From Octopus sinensis (taxonomy: Eukaryota), in the NCBI RefSeq assembly GCF_006345805.1, contig NC_043022.1, positions 25,110,001-25,174,000 of the forward strand: a stretch of DNA of 64,000 nt, written 5' to 3'. Made by a program: the position numbers and the translations under genes. Below are positions 37,801-51,483 of the stretch, in pieces. Under the pieces are notes generated by a model. It saw only the letters and a list, made by a program, of their open reading frames with translations. It was not told where the DNA came from and ran no database searches. The number at the start of each line of letters is the position of its first letter. Within the stretch, counting starts at the first letter, position 1.

Positions 37801-38176
37801 GAGCAATGGAGGAAGGGTGAGAGAGATTAGGGAAAACCAAATGAAAAACAAGAGAGATAAATGATGCGAGAGACGAAAGACGTGGGAGAGAGGACAAAGA
37901 ACATCGTACTGATCGGTTTTATCTGAAAGTGGACAAGTGATTAAAAAGCTGCTTTGAAACAAAGTCTCACTTGGAAGACAATTCTCAAAAGAGAAAGGAA
38001 TCGAATCTTCTCGAGATATTCTAGTCATCATCGATAATTTAGCATTTAACCTTCAATCTAATGTGACAAGAACAGTCTCAAAACGTAATTCAAAATTGTT
38101 AGTCACCGTTTTCACGATAGCATTTGAAGCAGCGCTATACGTGATTACCACAAGAAATTACAAGAACTTCACCAGA

Positions 38177-38207
<31 letters not shown>

Positions 38208-38286
38208 TGGCATTCTTATAGATATAAGAATAATAACGCTGCCGTAATCTCTTTTATAGAGACTTAGTAATTTTAATATTTCTATT

Positions 38287-38318
<32 letters not shown>

Positions 38319-38705
38319 GGTTCTTGAAATAGATATCAGCAAAATGTGGAACCTGAACGCTTAAACAATACCTGTTGTCATAGGTGCCCTGGGCATGATA
38401 GCAAAAGGGGCTGATTGCGACCTAACTCAGATACCAGGAAACCCCAAAATGGCAGAAATTCAAAAGATAGTGCTCATGGCAACTGCTCATAACCTACGCA
38501 AAATACTCTCTATGTAATCTCAAGGTTTAAAACAAACATAATTTTCGTATGTTTTTTTTTTTTAGACATTCACTAGTACAACACAACCCACCCCCAAATA
38601 TATGGCACACCAGGCATAACAACTTGAACTTCCAACCTGTTGTCTCTTGATGTCTCTGGGTGAGACTTGGAGCCAACTTGTACAAATATAAAGTAAAAGT
38701 CAAAC
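38319..38705 (+). mobile_element. 5'-truncated R4/Dong-clade non-LTR retrotransposon (restriction-like endonuclease C-terminus plus 3' UTR) within (TAA)n
   Basis: 38323-38517 translates LEIDISKMWNLNA*TIPVVIGALGMIAKGADCDLTQIPGNPKMAEIQKIVLMATAHNLRKILSM*, matching the R4/Dong pattern MW....IPVVIGALG...QK..L.TA..LRK.L. (AAT)n on both sides, the known Dong target. Confidence 0.8.
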
Positions 38706-38711
38706 ATAATA

Positions 38712-38763
<52 letters not shown>

Positions 38764-39314
38764 TGATGCAGTACCAGGCAGCGGCTCTCGTGGCTTCTGA
38801 TCTTAACTGACTGGAAGTGTTATCATGTACATTGTTTTGTCTTGGTATAAAAGATGGGCTACAGCAAATGCTCTGCTCAATACCACTGATCTGCTTGTCA
38901 GTTGTTTGACCTTAACCAGTTGAGCATGTCCCTTAGTGGCTGATGATATGAGCATCTCCGATCACGAGCAGAAGTAGTGGGAGAGCATCATAGCCATGTG
39001 TTGAGAGGGATTCTTTGGGGTTTGAATAACTCACCTATGGAAACATGGGTGTTTCATTCAACATCCTTAAACAACCCTTATTCAAGGACCTTTTGAGTGG
39101 AATGGGTTACTCGACCAGAAGAAAATTTTAACTGGGCTCTCACATGCAAGGTCATGCGCTGTTTATCTTGATATGAGGTCACTAAGTCGCGCGCATATGG
39201 TTGTGATGCATGTGCCTAGTGTACCCTTATCAGATGGGTAGTCATGATGGGTATACTGGGCTTCGTATATTTTACCCCAGTGTCACTTTGATGGCATGCA
39301 CTGCTCTCTCACTC
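38764..39314 (+). mobile_element. Non-coding interspersed element between (AAT)n tracts (copy 2)
   Basis: Highly similar by eye to 22253-22806; same start (tgatgcagtaccaggcag) and end (ctgctctctcactc-aataat). Confidence 0.8.
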
Positions 39315-40019
39315 AATAATAATAATAGTAATAATAATAATGGTTTTAAATATTGGTACAAGGCCAGCAGATTTGGAGGTGGGAGATAGCCAATTACATC
39401 GACCCCAGTGCGAAAAGATCCGATTATTATTATTATTATCATTGTTCCTGCGAGTTCGACTTGGCCTTTCATCCTTTAAAAAGTCTTGTGCAACTTTAAG
39501 CTAGCAGCATTTCTTGCGAAGTTCGCTCTAGTAGTCTAGCCATGATTCCTAAACTTATCTTTACAAGATTTCTGGGCAAGATTTAGGCTTCGTAACGTTC
39601 TTCTTCTTCTGATGATGATGCCCTTGTGGCAAGTAAAAAAAAAAAAAAAAGATGATTTATTATCAATAATATTATTATTTACAAAAAGGAAAAAAACCGA
39701 AAGCCATATTTGATACATTCGTGACAGGCGTATATATATGAGAATTATTTAGCCTTCTTGTTTTTCGTTTTACCCTGACAGGGAAAAATATATTAAACTT
39801 ACTGTGTTTGTCTTTTTGTTTTTATTAATTTTGTGTGGAAGGAAAAGAGAGAGAGAGGGAGGGAGGGAGTGAGGTGGGGAGACAGGATGTGAGAACGAGA
39901 GCGAAAGTGGAGATAGAAAGAGACAGAAAGGTAGAAGGAAATGATTGTGGTGATGACTGTGATGAAAGTAATATGAAATAGCAGTATACAAAAAGATGAT
40001 GATGATGATGACTGATAAT

Positions 40020-40039
40020 ATTGGCAAGAAAAATCAAGG

Positions 40040-40099
<60 letters not shown>

Positions 40100-40482
40100 A
40101 TATTTCATAGACAGATAGATAAATTATCAGATAGATAGATAGATATATAGTTAGATTATTTGATAGTGGCCACACAGGGCTGCACACAGATGGGACAAGT
40201 TACAAGGTAGAGCTTTTCTTTTGGGGGATGAAAAAAACAAAAAAAACAAAAAAAAAAGGTGGCGTAGGTTTTCGATCAAAAGGGATCGTAAAAGGGAAAA
40301 AAGAACAAAAATAAAAAAGAAAAGGAACAAAAGAGAAGAGAAATGAAAAAAGAAGAAAAAGGGGGGAAAAAGAGGAAGAGGAAAAAACCCCCAAAAAACG
40401 ATCAATAGGGATCGTGTATCACAGTGTTATGATGTATGGTGTAAAGGGGAAAGATAGATAGACAGACAGATAGATAGATTAT

Positions 40483-40531
<49 letters not shown>

Positions 40532-40545
40532 GATAGATAGATTAT

Positions 40546-40621
<76 letters not shown>

Positions 40622-40655
40622 CAGACAGATTATTTGACAGACAGACAGACAGAGA
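40020..40655. repeat. (GATA)n/(GA)n microsatellite blocks
   Basis: Direct reading; long (GATA)n at 40452-40620. Confidence 0.9.
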
Positions 40656-40674
40656 ACGATTAGGCTTAGATATC

Positions 40675-41105
40675 AGCTGGCAGAAACGTTAGCACGCCGG
40701 GCGAAATGCGTAGCCGTTGCGTTCTGAGTTCAAATCCTTTCGGGGTCGATAAATTAAGACCAGTTACGCACGGGAGTTGATGTAATCGACTTAATCCGTT
40801 TGTCTGTCCTTGTTTTTCCCCTCTATGTTTAGCTCCTTGTGGGCAATAAAGAAATGGGTATTTCTCCCGTCTTTACGTAGAGTTCAAATTCCGCTGAGGT
40901 CAACTTTACCTTTCATACTTTCGGGATCGATAAATTAAGTAGCAGTCAAGTACTAGGTCGCTGCAATCGACTTAATCCCCTCCCACGAGCTGACCTTCTG
41001 GCAAAAAATTATCATTATCATCATTACTATTATTATTGTCCGTCCTTACGTTCTGAGTTCAAATTCTGGCATGGTCGACTTTGCCTTTTATCCTTTCGGG
41101 GTCGA
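40675..41105 (+). mobile_element. SINE family B, decayed multimer
   Basis: B-box motif gagttcaaat repeated three times; tail-to-internal junction at about 40855. Confidence 0.75.
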
Positions 41106-41809
41106 AATTACTGCCATTGTGCCAAAATTTGAAGCCATCATCATCATCATCATTATTATTATTATTATTATTATTATCATCAACACCTAATTATTTTCAA
41201 ACTAGTAGGCATGTGAGCAGGTTTCAATACGTAGACAGGAAGTGGTTTTCAAACGAACATTGCACCCAAAGGGTGGGCGGTACGGTTGGATGAATGAATG
41301 AATGAATAGACTAACAACTGGGCTAGCCGTTGTGATGGTGGTGGGGCTGGTGGTGAGTATAAATGGGTGATAGTAACGACGACGACGACAATAAGAATCA
41401 AAACCAGTTCTGTACAAATACACACAAGAATTTAATAAGTATTATGGATAAGCTACGGTGGGTAATATTCACTGAAGGTGTCATGAGATTCTCGAGGCTG
41501 TGATGTCAAACGGTATGACACGGTGAGCACGCTTTATGTGCAATAGTATGGGGGGAGAGAGAGAGAGAGGGGTATGTAGTGAAGCAGAAATGGTCCATAA
41601 CGTTCGTACAAGCTAGATTTAATATCACGGTAAATTTGAAATGAAAAGATAGCGAAGCAATCCTAAAACCCATGACCCCGGAGAAGCAGCAGTGAGTAAC
41701 AAGTAAAAATGGAAACAGTAACAGCCTGTTAAGTCAGTCAACTGTTGAACTGTGTACAAGTATTACAAGTATTACACACATTCATCATTCTCCTTTTGAA
41801 CACAAGAAC

Positions 41810-41845
<36 letters not shown>

Positions 41846-42149
41846 GCCTCTCTGTCTATCTATATATCTATCTTATCTGTTTATCTGTCTCTCATATTTA
41901 TCTATCGACCTGCCTATTTCTCTTGAGGCTTTCTTCCAAGGAATCTAATGCGCTTGACTTAGATTTTCCTTTGGGGCTGGCCAGATCGGAGCAATCTCAA
42001 GATTAATCAGCGAGAATGATCCGGTTCTTGACTGAACGTTGAAGGCTTCGAATGACCCTTCGGTGTTTTTTGTGTCGTCTTCTAAATGTTTTGCGTTCTT
42101 GTCCCAGTTTGTATTTTTACACACACACACACGCGCATATATATATATA

Positions 42150-42392
42150 TCTGTAAGCACTTTATTTCATGTTGCTCCAGTTCACTCAGCTGTAGAAATG
42201 AGATGCGACGTCACGAGTGCCAAGCTGTATCGGCCTTTGCCTTTCCCTTGGATAACACTGGTGGCGTGGAGAGGGGTGGCTGGTATGCATGGGCGACTGC
42301 TGGTCTTCCATAAACAACCTTGCCCGGACTTGTGTCTAGGAGGGTAACTTTCTAGGTGCAATCCCATGGTCATTCATGACCGAAGGGGGTCA
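42150..42392 (+). mobile_element. SINE family D, headless copy
   Basis: gttgctccagttcactcagctgtagaaatgag...catgaccgaagggggtc matches the 9994 copy. Confidence 0.8.
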
Positions 42393-42893
42393 AAGAAAGA
42401 AAAAGAGAAATAGGCAGTGTGTGTTTGTGTGTCTGACAACCGATGGTGGTGTGTTTACGTCCCCGTAACCTAGGGGTACGGCAAAAGCGGCCGATAGAAT
42501 AAGTACTAGGTTTACAAAGAGTAAGTCCTGAGGTCGATTTTCACGACTAAAGGCGGTGCTCCAGTATGGCCGCAGTCAAATGAACGAAATAAGTAAAAGA
42601 GTAAAGAGAGTTATACCTTACACACACACACACACAGACGCATATACATGTATAGATATACTTTACATATATACACACATAGATATACATATATAAAGAT
42701 AGACACAAAATTCTAAAGTGAAATATGTTTCTCGCCTGAAGATCGCAATGTCACGAAACTCGAATCACGAGATAGAGAGAAATTCAGGCTATACACACAC
42801 ACTTTGTGCGTATATACATATATCTATTCATATATATAACTGGATGCGTATCATATATGCATTATATATATATTATATATATATATATAATAT

Positions 42894-42940
<47 letters not shown>

Positions 42941-43164
42941 TAATTAGATGGTCGTTTGATGATGACTGACTGACAAATTTTGACACATTTCAAACCATTT
43001 ATATATATTTTTTTTTCCTCTGCCTTTTTTTATTGGGGGTGGGGTGGGGTGGGGGAGAAAAGGCAGAAAATAAAAACAAAATGTCGCTGTTATTATTACT
43101 CCCATCACAATCACAATCATCATGACCACCACCACCACCACCACCACCATCATTATTATCATAA

Positions 43165-43203
<39 letters not shown>

Positions 43204-43339
43204 TAACCACCCAAAATCATCACTTTGTTGTTTTTCTGTCCTTCCATATTATTCCATCCACACCGCCAATATCAAATATATTATCCCGTGTCCTCTTTTA
43301 TCTTGTTTCATTTAAAATATTTCGAAAGCAGATGTGTGT

Positions 43340-43380
43340 GTGTGTTGTGTATATATGTATATATATATACAAATATACAT

Positions 43381-43418
<38 letters not shown>

Positions 43419-43489
43419 ACAACATATATATATACACACACATATATATATATACATATATATACATATATATACATATATATATATAC

Positions 43490-43533
<44 letters not shown>

Positions 43534-43558
43534 CATATACACATATATATACATATAC

Positions 43559-43589
<31 letters not shown>

Positions 43590-43819
43590 CATATAATATA
43601 TATATATATACACATATATATATACACATATATATATATAATATACACATATATATATACACATATATATATATATATACACATATATATATATATATAC
43701 ACATATATATATACACATATATATATATATATACACACATATATATACACATATATATAACATACATATATATACATATATACATATATATATATATACA
43801 TATATATATACATATATAC

Positions 43820-43868
<49 letters not shown>

Positions 43869-44172
43869 CACATATATATACATATATATATATACATATA
43901 TATATATACATATATATATACATATATATAACATATATATATATACATATATATATAATATACATATATATATATACATATATATATATACTATATATAT
44001 ATACATATATATATACATATATATATACATACATATATACATACATATATATTACATATATATACATATATATACATATATATATACATACATATTATAC
44101 ATATATATATACATATATATATATACATATACATATACATACATATATACACATATTCATATACACATATAC

Positions 44173-44207
<35 letters not shown>

Positions 44208-44210
44208 GTT
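43340..44210. repeat. About 870-bp (TA)/(TACA) compound microsatellite
   Basis: Direct reading. Confidence 0.95.
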
Positions 44211-44930
44211 ATTACTTTATTTATTTCGTGTTTGGCATCGTTTTATGGTCCTTGCTGACCTTTGGGGGGAGGGAAGAGGAAAAGGCTGTGAATACCGAGA
44301 GGAAGTTAATATATCTCCTCGTACAACATAATTTGTGTGTAAGCAAGAATTTTGTTTGTAGCGTGGAAAATTGGAAATGAAGACACGTTTTGTTCGATAG
44401 CGGGTGGTGAGGCACGGTGCGGTGCGGGGGGAAAAAGGGTGGCTAGGTGGTGTAGGATGGGTGAATGAGGGTGTGATGGGATGTATGAAGAGGTTATAAA
44501 CAGGGGACGGGAGTGGTGTGACGAGATGTGGTATTTATATTTTGTTTCTTTTCGCTTTATGCCATTTTTTTTTTGGTTTCTCCAAAAAATTTCCAGTCTG
44601 AGTACAACAGTTACGGATCGTAGATTTATGTACCTGTGTCTAAATATGTACGTATGTATGTATGTATGTATGTATGTTGTATGATGTATGATGTATGTAT
44701 GTATGTATGTATGTATGTATGAGTGCATTTGTGAGATGATACATGCGTGTGCACGTGATAACGTTGATAATATTGAGTGTATTATTTTGATTATAAGTTA
44801 TAAATTCTTGTATACACATGCGCGCGAATGCACACACCCGTTTTAAATAACGATTCGGAGAATACTCAATACAAATTTTGAGTGTAATAGTCTACATAGG
44901 CCAGCCCAATGTCTCGTTTCTTCTGGACAG

Positions 44931-45348
44931 GGATCTTTTCGGTTTGAACGGCAGTTTTTTCTAGCGGTGTCATATGAAATTGTCACCCATAATTATGACC
45001 CTAGTATCGATCTATTGCATTTCAATCTGGGTTAGGGTTAGTTAGGGTTAGGGGTGGGGGGAAGGGTATCTTTTTTCCTTCACAAATGTAAATAAACCAA
45101 TCTGTTTCTTAAACGAGGGACATATTCATACGGCACAGAATGCTTTTTAACTCAGTAGACGTCACTGATTGGTTGAAATTGCAGAAATTGAATAAAAAAC
45201 AACAAATATCTTACAAACTATAGAATTTTCTCAATAAAGCCAAGAGAAAGAGATGTTTTATAAACACATTCTACCAGTATACGAAGTTTAAAATTTTTTA
45301 GTTACCTAGAAATTATGTTAAAAACTGCCGTTCAAACCGATAAGATCC
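44931..45348. mobile_element. MITE, 418 bp, 29-bp TIRs, 8-bp TSD CTGGACAG
   Basis: Left end ggatcttttcggtttgaacggcagttttt versus reverse complement of right end ggatcttatcggtttgaacggcagttttt (1 mismatch). ctggacag at 44923-44930 and 45349-45356. Confidence 0.85.
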
Positions 45349-45857
45349 CTGGACAGTCTTATATATAGATTCTGTTGTGAGGGGTACGTCTGTCGAATCA
45401 GCTGAAGTTTAAGCAACAGAACACCCCTACCTTTGAACCTAAACACACTGGTCCACCCACTTTTCCCCCTCTCCCTTGTTTTTTCTCACGCTAGGTCCTG
45501 GATGGCAAATATTTTACATCCACTTGTAACAATCCTTGTTCAATATATTTGTGAGTTATGCCCGTCGCTAAGGGGGTGCCTACCCACTCACTATTAAATG
45601 GTGTATCCTCGGATTTGGAAAATACAGGTTACAAAAATCTTCCGCTAATACAAGTTAGTGACCACCCAGAATATTCTGAAGTAGCCCCAGGTACCAACGT
45701 CTAGTGACGGTCCTGGTGTGTGTGCGTATAGTCTTGGGTATGACATTAAACTGCCATCGGTGCTGGGCTCTGGGGTTGTCGGGAGAGAAGAATCTACCCG
45801 TAATTACTATTACTCCCAGGTTGACTGTAACTTAGGCCAGTAACTTAGGGGGAGGGG

Positions 45858-46024
45858 CAAGTCGATTACACCGTCCCCCAGTGTTTGAGCGGTAATTTAT
45901 CGACCCCGAAAGGATGAAAAGCAAAGTCGACCTCGGCAGAATTTGAACTCAGAACATAAAGACTGACAAAATGCCGCTAAGTATTTTGCCCAGCGTGCTA
46001 ACAATTCTGCTAGTTCACCGCCTT
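45858..46024 (-). mobile_element. SINE family B, 5' part
   Basis: Reverse complement of head, B box and core. Confidence 0.75.
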
Positions 46025-47418
46025 ATTAAGTTTAAATATTAATCATAGACAGACAGCATTCCTTTTGAGGAAGGTTAGCAAATAAAGATTTCACAAAGAA
46101 TGACTTCATTATTGCTTGTGTTTATTGCTTACTCATAAACTTTGTTCAAGGATCAGTAAATTCACAGCGGTTTATCCTCATCATATTGTAGATAGTAAGT
46201 TGGCGCCAGCTCATCTCCTTTCTTTTGTACAAGTGAAATTATTTTCCGCACCTAAAGTTACCACCGAGGGTAGCTCAACCTAGGCTTACGAACAGTCAAA
46301 ACTGCTTCAAATAATAGCTTACTGTGTTAGAACATAGAAGGTCGTGTGTGGATACGCTATTTAAAATGTAATAATCCTTTCTAGCTATGCAATAAAGCAG
46401 CAATTAGGCCGAGTTGTTACAGCGCCAGATAGAATGAATGCCTTGTGATACGTGTTCCAGTTCTCTGCATTCAAGAGTTCAAATCTCGCCGAGGTTAGTT
46501 TACCTTTTTATCATTTCGAGTGCAAGATGGAGTACCTCGTTGCATCTACTTCGGTCCCGTATGCTCCCTCCCGCAGCATAGCAAGCAACAACACTAAGGC
46601 CAAGCTGTATTGGTCCTTTCTTCCGGACATCGTCAGTGGAGTGGAGAGACGAGGGAGATTTACCTTGGGCTTCCTCATAAAAATATCCTTACTCAAGCTT
46701 GTAGCGCGAAGAACTTCTCTGGTGTCGACCCATGGGACATATCTCGACCACCAGCTTAAGTAATGTTCGAGAGACTGACATAGTCCTAGCTGGATCATTG
46801 TAAACCAAATCTGTCCTTTTAGGGCCAACCCAAAGCTAAGTGATAACGCAAATAGAGCGAGAAGAGAGTGAGGCAGGGCTTTAATATCTAAGGTACTAAA
46901 TTCGATCTCTTGTGCGAAGATTGATTTACAACAGTAAACGCAAATATTTCACCTCACAACTTCTATGTAGAGTGAAATTTCTTTCTTAGATAACTGACAT
47001 GAAACCTCGAGTTGCTGCTGTTATTAAGCTCCCAAGTCAGTAAAGATGATGCAGACCATGTGAACAAATGCTGCCCAGCTGAGATACATCTTGTGCTTTT
47101 TTATACACTATCTAAAGTGTTCGTTCCTTGATTTTTCAAGGAGACACGGCAATTTGAACAAGATTTGTTTGTATCCCTAGCAGTTAAAAAAATAAAAATT
47201 AAATTAAATAAACGTGTAATGAATGGCTCTCTTGTTAGTGCGTGAAAACCACTGAAATCGATGTTTTACAATTCTTCCCCCGTAGTTTTAGTAGTTTACA
47301 AGTATGATTTTGTCATCCTAAAATACGAACTCGTAATAACTGAAAGAGGGGGGAAAGAAAACCTAACCACACCATGAAAAAAAAAATGCATTAAAAAAAT
47401 CGAAAATGAAAGCAAATA

Positions 47419-47830
47419 AGGCGCAGGAGTGTCTGTGTGGTAAGTAGCTTGATAACCAACCACATGGTTCCGGGTTCAGTCCCACTGCGTGGCATCTTGG
47501 GCAAGTGTCTTCTACTATAGCCCCGGGCCGACCTATGCCTTGTGAGTGGATTTGGTTGACGGAAACTGAAAGAAGCCTGTCGTATATATGTATATATATA
47601 TATGTGTGTGTGTGTGTATGTTTGTTTGTCTGTGTTTGTCCCTCTAGCATTGCTTGACAACCGATGCTGGTGTGTTTACGTCCCCGTCACTTAGCGGTTC
47701 GGCAAAAGACACCGATAGAATAAGTACTGGGCTTACAAAGAATAAGTCGATTTGCTCGACTAAAGGTGGTGCTCCAGCATGGCCGCAGTCAAATGACTGA
47801 AACTAGTAAAAGAGAGTAATAGAGTAAGAG
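47419..47830 (+). mobile_element. SINE family A, full-length
   Basis: Same architecture as the 23200 copy. Confidence 0.9.
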
Positions 47831-47911
47831 GAAATAATAATAATAATAATAATAATAATGGATATATAAAAAAAAGAGCACAGGAAAAGTCAAACCACAA
47901 GAAGGACAAGG

Positions 47912-47978
<67 letters not shown>

Positions 47979-48991
47979 CAAAGACAAGGGGTGATGAAAA
48001 GAGTAATGATAACGAGGAAGAGAGATAAAAAAATAGAAACACAAAAGGAAGTAGAGAGAGAGAGAGAGAGCGAAGAGAGGGAGTGTGTACATGTGTGGTT
48101 TATTTAGCGTAAAAGGAGCATATTTTTTGCCGGAGCAAGAAAATGTCAGAGAGACCAATGGCAAGAATATTTTGTTTCAGCTGCTGGGGTTAACATGTAG
48201 TCCTTTAACACAAGTTGACCTTTAACCTAACGCAACATCTTTACACACACACACACACACACACAGACACCACACACACACACTTTGCATCACCCATGTC
48301 TCTACCGATCACACATACACACACATATACATATTACAGAGATAGTTGAATACAAACACATACACAACACGCAAAGTGGCCATCCCGTCATTCGGAGCAA
48401 CTTAACGAAAAAAAAACAAAAAAAAGGAAAATGTACTGGTAGCTTATGTAATGAGTAGTTTGATGGTGTTGTTGTTGTTGTTGTTGGTGTTATTGTTGGG
48501 GGTGGTGGTGGTAGGTAGTTTTAAGCTGGTGGGGAGCGGTTACGTACGATTGGGAGTTCTCAGAAAGGCCGAAGTGGTTAACTGCTCGCGCACACACACA
48601 CGTGTGTATGTCTGTGGATGTGTGTGTGTGTGTGTGTGTGAGAGAGAGTGTGTGTGTGAGTGTGTGTGTGTGTGTGAGTGTGTGTGTGTGTGTGCTGACA
48701 TGCATATAACTAGGTTTGTTCACAATTATGTGAACCCATTTCCAAATATGTAGACAGAAGCACAAAGAGCTACACAGAAAGCCCAAACACACGCACACAC
48801 ACACACGTCAATGCATGAAAGCGCACACAACCTCTATGTGGGCATGTGTGTGTGTGTGTGTATGTGTGTGTGTGTGTGTGTATGTGTGTGTGTGTGTGTG
48901 TGATATAAAGAGATGGAGTCAATCACCGGAAAAAAAACATGTTTGTGTCTCAAAATGTGTATGCATACATACTAGTTGAAAGACAAACATA

Positions 48992-49028
<37 letters not shown>

Positions 49029-49086
49029 CTCAATACGTGATTATGAATACACATACGCCAAACGCAATGAAACAGGGGACGAGAGA

Positions 49087-49139
<53 letters not shown>

Positions 49140-49629
49140 CAAGACATTTTAATTGGCATCCAACTGAGAAACAGGCAAGAGAAATAGATGGTAATTGGGC
49201 GGAATCCCCTTCGATTTCTCTCTCCTCTTCCTCGCACAGTCTAACACGCCGTCCCTTTCTCTCCTCCCCCCTTTCTTATTCAACAGTTACACACTGCAAC
49301 CACCACCACCACCACCACTACCAGAATCATCATCATCATCATCATCATGGCTGTCGTTGCCACATTATATACCAGAAGCTGCATTCCATCCAGTAGGATG
49401 TATCCCACCGCCACCATCACGAACACGAACTTACCATCACCACCAACACCAACGCCAGTATTGTCTTCGTCATCGTCAACCCCCGACGAACCTCTTCAGC
49501 GGATGGAGATCTCCGTTGTGTCTTTAAGATTTACGATTTTTATTGACCTTTGAAAACAGTGAGCTCGTGGTTATTAAGTTGATGAACTAAAATATAAGAC
49601 CCTGAAAATTCCTGCAGCATAAACATCGT

Positions 49630-49945
49630 TGTCGTATCAACATCATTTATTAGCATCATCATCGTCCTCATCATCATCATCATCATCGTCCTCACCATCA
49701 TCATCGTCCTCATCATCATCATCACCATCATCATCATCGTCCTCATCATCATCACCATCATCATCATCCTCATCATCCTCATCATCATCATCATCGTCCA
49801 CAACATCATCATCATCATCGTCATCATCACCATGACCATCACTATCATCATCGTCCTCCTCCTCCTCCTCCTCCTCATCATCATCATCATCATCGTCCTC
49901 AACATCATCATCACCATCATCATCATCGTAAGCAACAACAACAAC
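49630..49945. repeat. (CAT)n/(CCT)n compound microsatellite
   Basis: Direct reading. Confidence 0.95.
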
Positions 49946-50611
49946 TGCAGCACCAATGAGAAATACCGAACAGCAGAAAAAAAAGAAGAGGCTGGCATTG
50001 GATGCTTCTCCCACCGAGTTTGGTGTCGAAGGCAGCTTCTTACTCACTCACCAATCTCGATTGAAACAATTCTAAGAGCCGATATGGGAATATAGAAATT
50101 ATTGAAAATAAATAAATGGCCTTGAGTAAGAATCTGACATTTACTTGGAATATGACAGTAATTGGAACCACCAAAAAAAAAAAAAAAGAGAAAAATACAA
50201 GAACAACGAAATAATAACAGCAGTACCATTGTTATATGGTTATTCTTCTGCAATTATGTTTCACAACACGAGACAATGAGAGAGTATGTCCTCCTCATGG
50301 ATGCTAAATCTACTAGAAATAGTAATCACATTCCCTCAAATATATAGATAGACTGCTGCCTTAACCTTTAGCTATTTAAACCGGACATTTAACCTTTTTA
50401 GGCATTTAAACCGGACATTTAACCGTTTGGCATTTAAACCGGACATTTAACCGTTTGGAATTTAAACCAGTACAGATATTCTGTTTTGTGTTAAAATTGA
50501 CCGTATCCAACCTCTTATACCTAACCCACAATATCATTTTTACAAATAAATAACAACTTCAGAAAAATCTTGAAGCTTTGAGAGAGAATGCATGATCAAT
50601 CACTTCGAAAT

Positions 50612-51090
50612 AAGGCGAGCTGGCAGAAACGTTAGCACACCGGGCGAAATGCTTAGCGGCATTTCGTCTGCCGTTACATTCTGAGTTCAAATTCCGTCGA
50701 GGTCGTCTTTGACTTTCATCCTTTCGGGGTCGATAAATTAAGTACCAGTTACACACTGGGGTCGATATAATCGACTTAACCCCTTTGTCCTTGTTTGTCC
50801 CCTCTGTGTTTAGCCCCTTGTGGGTAATAAAGAAATAGGTAAAATGAAAACTAGAGGGCGGCGAACTGGCAGAATCGTTAGCACGCTGGGCGAAATGCTT
50901 AGCGGCATTTCGTCTGCCGTTACGTTCTGGGTTCAAATTCCACCGAGGTCGACTTTGCCTTTCATCCTTTCGGGGTCGATAAATTAAGTACCAGTTACGC
51001 ACTGGGGTCGATCTAATTGACTTAACCCCTTTATCTGTCCTTGTTTGTCCCTTCTATGTTAAGCTCCTTGTAGGTAGTAAAGAAATAGGT
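50612..51090 (+). mobile_element. Two complete SINE family B copies in tandem; the second has a 13-bp TSD
   Basis: Copies 50612-50840 and 50856-51090; aatgaaaactaga at 50843-50855 and 51093-51105. Confidence 0.85.
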
Positions 51091-51483
51091 ATAATGAAAA
51101 CTAGATGGAATGGTCACGGTTGAAGCGCCATTTGATCAGAATGAGCCGATTTATAGCTAAGCATCGGAAGCAGCAATTGAGCTGCATTTAAATTGCATGA
51201 CACTGTAATATCAGTACAAAAACAGCGACCTAGCTGCAACAAACTGCATTTCACTGCAACATTAGCAACACGACCACTATCATCTAGCTGCATTAAACAG
51301 CATTTCACTGCAATTCAAGCATCACGTCAGCTACCTAGCTGCACTAAGCTGCATCTGAGTGCAATATCCGCATCTGAAGATGCAACTTATCGACAATGTA
51401 ATTTATTAAAGTGCACCAAGCGACACTGCAGTCAATATACTTCATCGGCAGGAAGCAAGACCAAGCGTCAGATGCAGAGCGTT

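Noticed and set aside
45029-45060. Telomere or interstitial telomeric repeat
   Set aside because: Only about four TTAGGG-like units, located inside a MITE.
46511-46828. 105-aa minus-strand ORF with normal composition
   Set aside because: I cannot assign it to a family; there are no convincing splice sites, and it begins in a decayed SINE B. BLASTx is needed.
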